A DNA stretch of 64,000 bases from an uncultured Gammaproteobacteria bacterium (GTDB lineage: Bacteria > Patescibacteriota > Patescibacteriia > S139-126), in assembly GCA_964540695.1 (NCBI GenBank), contig CAZINS010000001.1:156826-220825 (forward strand), read 5' to 3'. Shown one piece after another: positions 60,220 to 64,000 of the stretch. Under the pieces are notes generated by a model. It ran no database searches and was not told where the DNA came from. It was given only the letters and a program-made list of their open reading frames with translations. A program made the position numbers and the translations under genes. The stretch's first letter is position 1; each line of letters starts with the position of its first letter.

Positions 60220-60801
60220 ATGTACCAACCAAACGATAAATACGCCCAGAAAGCAAAAGCACAAGGCTACCGTTCCCGTGCTATTTATAAATTGGAAGAA
60301 ATAAACCAAAAATTTAAGTTAATTAACAAGGGACAAACTGTATTGGATTTGGGTGCTGCCCCAGGCTCTTGGTTACAATATGGTGCACAAATAGTAGGCT
60401 CTAAAGGCTTAGTCATAGGGGTCGACACCAGCCCGATTGCCAATTATTCTCAACCTAATATAAAAACTATTGAACAGGACATTTTTGCCTGGGATGAACT
60501 AATAAAAAAACTAGATTTAAATTTTGATGTGGTTTTATCTGACGCGGCTCCGGCTACCAGTGGTATTAGCCTAACTGACTCCAGTCGCTCCTTGGCTTTG
60601 GTTGAACAGTCCCTAAAAATAGCTATCTGGTTGCTAAAACCCAAAGGTAATTTTTGTGCCAAAATATTTATGAGTCCGGAAGCTGAAAACTTATATTTAC
60701 AAATGAAAAAATACTTTTCCTCTTGTTATCGCTTTAAGCCGCACGCCAGTCGTAGTAACAGTAAAGAGATGTATTTTATCGGTCTAAGAAAAAAAAATTA
60801 A
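60220..60801 (+). CDS. rlmE: RlmE/FtsJ 23S rRNA 2'-O-methyltransferase
   Basis: GYRSRAIYKL, LDLGAAPGSW, VLSDAAP, AKIF, KPHASRSNSKEMY (K-D-K-E tetrad). Confidence 0.94.
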   Translation: MYQPNDKYAQKAKAQGYRSRAIYKLEEINQKFKLINKGQTVLDLGAAPGSWLQYGAQIVGSKGLVIGVDTSPIANYSQPNIKTIEQDIFAWDELIKKLDLNFDVVLSDAAPATSGISLTDSSRSLALVEQSLKIAIWLLKPKGNFCAKIFMSPEAENLYLQMKKYFSSCYRFKPHASRSNSKEMYFIGLRKKN

Positions 60802-61175
60802 TTTTCTAAAAAAATATTACCGGCTAAGATTGAATTGGTACCAATAAATTTAACCTCAATTCTAATTTTTTGATCTACCGGTAAATCAGCCAGAGACGTT
60901 TCTTGACTGTTTTGGTTGAAAATTTTTGCCTCCGGTAACAAACCAACAATAACATCTTGTTCGGCATGATAATTCACCACCAAGGCCCGAGAAGAAATGT
61001 GTACTTGTTTAACAGTGGCACTAATATAATACTTTTCAACTTGCGGATTGGGTGGATAATTATTTAATGCTTTATCTCTAGACTGCAATATAAAATACCC
61101 TAACGTCATAATAAGCATAGCCACTAAACCAATATAGGTGCTAAGTAAAATAAAATTACGTCGATGACCGTGCAT
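60798..61175 (-). CDS. Hypothetical membrane-anchored small beta-barrel-like protein
   Basis: One TM; SLADLPVDQKIRI segment resembles OB-fold proteins. Confidence 0.6.
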   Translation of the reverse strand: MHGHRRNFILLSTYIGLVAMLIMTLGYFILQSRDKALNNYPPNPQVEKYYISATVKQVHISSRALVVNYHAEQDVIVGLLPEAKIFNQNSQETSLADLPVDQKIRIEVKFIGTNSILAGNIFLEN

Positions 61176-61176
61176 A

Positions 61177-61647
61177 TTAAAATTTATCTACAATATTAAT
61201 AACTTGCTTGATAATTTTATTGTCGGTGGGGCTTGATAATAAAAAATTAGCTTTTACTTTTTTATTATCAAGTACGAGTGGTAACCAATATTTATCATCT
61301 ACCCACATTTGGTCATAGGGAATTTCTGACAGATTAAACCAAGCGGGTCTCATTTCGTCAGTTTCAATAATTTCTCCTTTGTAAGCTTGAACAAAAAATA
61401 TATGAACCAGCAATTTTTCTTCACTGCTAGTAAAACTAAAATCAATTTCCCCTACCTTGTCTAATACTTTAGCCTCAATACCAGCTTCTTCAAGAAGTTC
61501 ACGTTTGGCCGCTGACAATAAATCTTCACCTTCTTCAACTTTACCCCCAAATCCATTCCACCGCTTCTTACCAAAACCTCTTTTTTTATAACCTAACAAT
61601 AACTGATTAGCTTGTCTGACAAAGCATAAGGTTAAATTTTTTGTCAT
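61177..61647 (-). CDS. Nudix hydrolase, MTH1/8-oxo-dGTPase type
   Basis: LLGYKKRGFG...WNGFGGKVEEGE...AAKRELLEEAG, EMRPAWF, IPYDQMW.DD.YW. Confidence 0.92.
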   Translation of the reverse strand: MTKNLTLCFVRQANQLLLGYKKRGFGKKRWNGFGGKVEEGEDLLSAAKRELLEEAGIEAKVLDKVGEIDFSFTSSEEKLLVHIFFVQAYKGEIIETDEMRPAWFNLSEIPYDQMWVDDKYWLPLVLDNKKVKANFLLSSPTDNKIIKQVINIVDKF

Positions 61648-61651
61648 AAAA

Positions 61652-62128
61652 TTAATTTTTTTTCAATATGCTATAAATTTGCCAACCCAACAATAAAGAC
61701 AACAGAAAAAAACTGGCTCCATAAAGACAAGATGAATCAAAGATTGAAGTCATTAGCCCACTACAACCTACAACTGGTTGACCGGCAGCTTGTTTGATCT
61801 TCCACCACTCCCAAGCTACTACTCCCCAAGCAAACAACGTACCCCCGAATAAAAATAAAGTGTGTTTAAAACGAGCTTTTATTTGCTTAGTTTTATCATT
61901 TATCTTCAATAAATAAAATACCCAACCTAAAGCTACTAAAAAACCTAGTCCCCCATAAAAGCATGGGGTGGTGACTGGATTAGTATAAACACAATCTGCT
62001 ACTTTAAAAATCGTACCTTCATTGGCATAAAAATTGATAAATTCTCTAACAATAATATACCAAGCAAATAAGGAACCACAGATTAAAAAAAATATCTGCC
62101 CGCCTATTAACAATTTTGTTTTGTTCAT
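61652..62128 (-). CDS. Four-TM protein with two Cys-pair loops
   Basis: Internal duplication: FAW...C...CFYG and FAW...C...CLYG. Confidence 0.65.
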   Translation of the reverse strand: MNKTKLLIGGQIFFLICGSLFAWYIIVREFINFYANEGTIFKVADCVYTNPVTTPCFYGGLGFLVALGWVFYLLKINDKTKQIKARFKHTLFLFGGTLFAWGVVAWEWWKIKQAAGQPVVGCSGLMTSIFDSSCLYGASFFLLSLLLGWQIYSILKKN

Positions 62129-62270
62129 ATTTTTTGATTAATAATTAATTTTATTATAGCTTTTTCCCTTAAATATTGAAATTAATATTTAACCTTGACA
62201 AATTCAGAAAAAAATGTATAATAGATGAATTAATTCTTTAAAAAAACTCATAAAAACTTAAGGAGATGGC

Positions 62271-62414
62271 ATGAAACATAAAAAAATTTTTTGGTTACCA
62301 ATATTTATCACTGTTTCAATTTTTTCTGCCTATAAATGGCATAAAAAATTTTCTACTCCAAAATTTCCCCAACTAGTTGGGGCCCACGAAATTCTTGATG
62401 ACACAATCAATTAA
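62271..62414 (+). CDS. Small membrane peptide, 47 aa (not in ORF track)
   Basis: MKHKKIFWLPIFITVSIFSAYKWHKKFSTPKFPQLVGAHEILDDTIN; TTGACA-16-TATAAT promoter (62195-62222), AAGGAG SD, terminator after. Confidence 0.6.
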   Translation: MKHKKIFWLPIFITVSIFSAYKWHKKFSTPKFPQLVGAHEILDDTIN

Positions 62415-62421
62415 AAATTTT

Positions 62422-62448
62422 AAAACCCTGATTAATTTCAGGGTTTTT
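62422..62448. terminator. Bidirectional terminator
   Basis: AAAACCCTGA-TTAATT-TCAGGGTTTTT. Confidence 0.75.
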
Positions 62449-63193
62449 CTTTGACTACTTTTTGGACTGCTTGATTATACAAACAATAATTACATTTTTT
62501 TGACTCAGATGGAATTTTGGTACTCGCTAAACATTTATAAGCTTTTTCAATGATACCACTTACCCAACTATCATCACCTTGATAAGGAATAATCTGCACA
62601 TCAAAATCTAGACGTCCATCAAAGGCTTGTCGGTCTCTTTGACCGTTGGCATAAACAAAATAACCAGTATTTGAAACCTTAAAACCATTTTTTCTAAATA
62701 ACCACTGGTAGATTTCCATTTGCCGCTTGTAACCTTGTCGATAATCAGCTTCCAAAGTAATTTCATTGTCAGTGGCGGTTGCCTTATAATCGACTATCAG
62801 TAATTCTTTTTTTGGATTTATCCAAACATCATCAACTGCGCCATAAATAAGTATATTCTTTTCCTTATCTAAATATTGTATACCAGTAAAATTGTGGCGC
62901 CATTTATTCATCTCTGGATGAGAAAAAGGCACAGCGTCTATACCATAAGCAGCCATCATGGGGTGAGTTTGATTTTTTACCCGGTGAATATCAAACTCTT
63001 TTTTCAATAAAGCATCAACTGCGTTGTTTAAAGTAAAAGGAAAAGATGCGGGTCGGGATACGCCTAATTTTCTGTCTAAATAAAAACAGCGCGGACATTC
63101 TATGTATAATTCCAATTTAGAACGAGATAATTTAAATAATTCGTTCTTATCACTTGACCATAAATTTTTTTTTCTAAAACTATTATCTATCAT
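62438..63193 (-). CDS. PD-(D/E)XK nuclease (RecB/Cas4-like fold)
   Basis: LSRSK...CPRCFY, GAVDDV, IVDYKAT, QMEIY, CNYC. Confidence 0.88.
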   Translation of the reverse strand: MIDNSFRKKNLWSSDKNELFKLSRSKLELYIECPRCFYLDRKLGVSRPASFPFTLNNAVDALLKKEFDIHRVKNQTHPMMAAYGIDAVPFSHPEMNKWRHNFTGIQYLDKEKNILIYGAVDDVWINPKKELLIVDYKATATDNEITLEADYRQGYKRQMEIYQWLFRKNGFKVSNTGYFVYANGQRDRQAFDGRLDFDVQIIPYQGDDSWVSGIIEKAYKCLASTKIPSESKKCNYCLYNQAVQKVVKEKP

Positions 63194-63206
63194 ATTTTTA
63201 AATTAA

Positions 63207-63230
63207 TAACCCCGACGCTAGTCGGGGTTA
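63207..63230 (-). terminator. Terminator after the cupredoxin gene
   Basis: TAACCCCGAC-GCTA-GTCGGGGTTA. Confidence 0.75.
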
Positions 63231-63234
63231 TAGG

Positions 63235-64000
63235 TTATTCTTCAACTACTAAATTACCAACCATACCCATGGTACGATGTTGTCCGACGCTACAGTAATA
63301 TTCAAATGTGCCGACTTGATCAGCTATAAATTCTACTGAGGTGCTACCGCCGGTATTTACCTTTTCGGTAGCGGCGTTGAACTCATCTATTACCCAATCA
63401 TGAAACCCATCTGTAGAAGTAAAATCTATTTTTACCCTGTCTCCCTTTTTTACTCTGATTTCTTTTTGCGAAAAAGTAAAATTTTTACCAGAAATAGCAA
63501 AAGTTTTTATTTCCTCAACCGGTTCTTCTGTAGTCAATTCTCTATCAGCTTGTACTGCTGTAAAACTTGTCGCCACTATTTGATTATTAACTAACAAGGG
63601 TAAATCGACTCCATCGGGAAATTCAAATTTACCAACTTCCCCCTCATCAACATGAATAATTGCCCATAAAACACTACTGCTAGTAGTAGTACTTATTGGA
63701 ACTGATAAATCACTAAATAAACCAGAAGTTAGAGCTAAATTTCCTATAACCTCTTTGGGCATACCACTTTCATCACTATTATAAATAACCAACCAACTGG
63801 GTTGAGTGGTGTATAAATTATCAACAATTACCTTTCCGTCTGCAATTGACTGAGCTGACAACTGAATAAATGGCTGTTGGTCATTGGTTGTATCAAGGGG
63901 CAAAACGCCAACTTGATTATTATTTGTTAATGGAGTAACTGTTTCATCTTTTGGTTGCTGATTGATTACCAATACAACCGCAAGTAAAACTAAAATGGCT
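63235..64000 (-). CDS. Membrane-anchored cupredoxin domain protein, 5' end outside the window
   Basis: Frame is open to the window edge (AILVLLAVVL TM); C-terminal H...YYCSVGQHRTMGM type-1 copper ligands. Confidence 0.88.
   Translation of the reverse strand, partial: AILVLLAVVLVINQQPKDETVTPLTNNNQVGVLPLDTTNDQQPFIQLSAQSIADGKVIVDNLYTTQPSWLVIYNSDESGMPKEVIGNLALTSGLFSDLSVPISTTTSSSVLWAIIHVDEGEVGKFEFPDGVDLPLLVNNQIVATSFTAVQADRELTTEEPVEEIKTFAISGKNFTFSQKEIRVKKGDRVKIDFTSTDGFHDWVIDEFNAATEKVNTGGSTSVEFIADQVGTFEYYCSVGQHRTMGMVGNLVVEE

Noticed and set aside
62438-63193. Cas4-like nuclease as a sign of CRISPR-Cas
   Set aside because: No cas1/cas2 or repeat-spacer array is visible; solo PD-(D/E)XK nucleases are common.

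Overview
AT-rich bacterial chromosome segment using genetic code 11 (TGA read as stop). Gene content points to Patescibacteria/CPR, most likely Parcubacteria-type: alpha2-type GlyRS, membrane-anchored Clp ATPase, VirB2-like pilins, CPR-style surface proteins and a full type IV pilus locus. This placement is inferred from content, not phylogeny. Housekeeping genes include glyS, rarA, tgt, recO, ileS, argS, smpB-tmRNA, infC-rpmI-rplT, tRNA-Asp, lgt, trxB, gatCA, ligA and rlmE. There is also a minimal group 3b-like [NiFe]-hydrogenase with a convergent, atypical maturation operon and a ~14 kb type IV pilus cluster. No CRISPR array, integrase or transposase was seen. The most interesting signals are non-coding. 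(1) Orphan or divergent genes repeatedly share one leader design (sigma70 promoter, boxA-like 12-mer, strong AGGAG, own terminator), whereas many ordinary first-in-operon genes look leaderless. (2) A stand-alone structured ncRNA candidate with its own promoter and terminator lies between gatC and ligA. (3) A family of 7-bp-period repeats occurs between genes and as four in-frame stretches inside IleRS. (4) A ~220 bp element is bounded by a duplication of the tRNA-Asp 3' end. (5) The major pilin has a structured 5' leader. All calls come from reading the sequence by eye; no database searches or folding programs were run.
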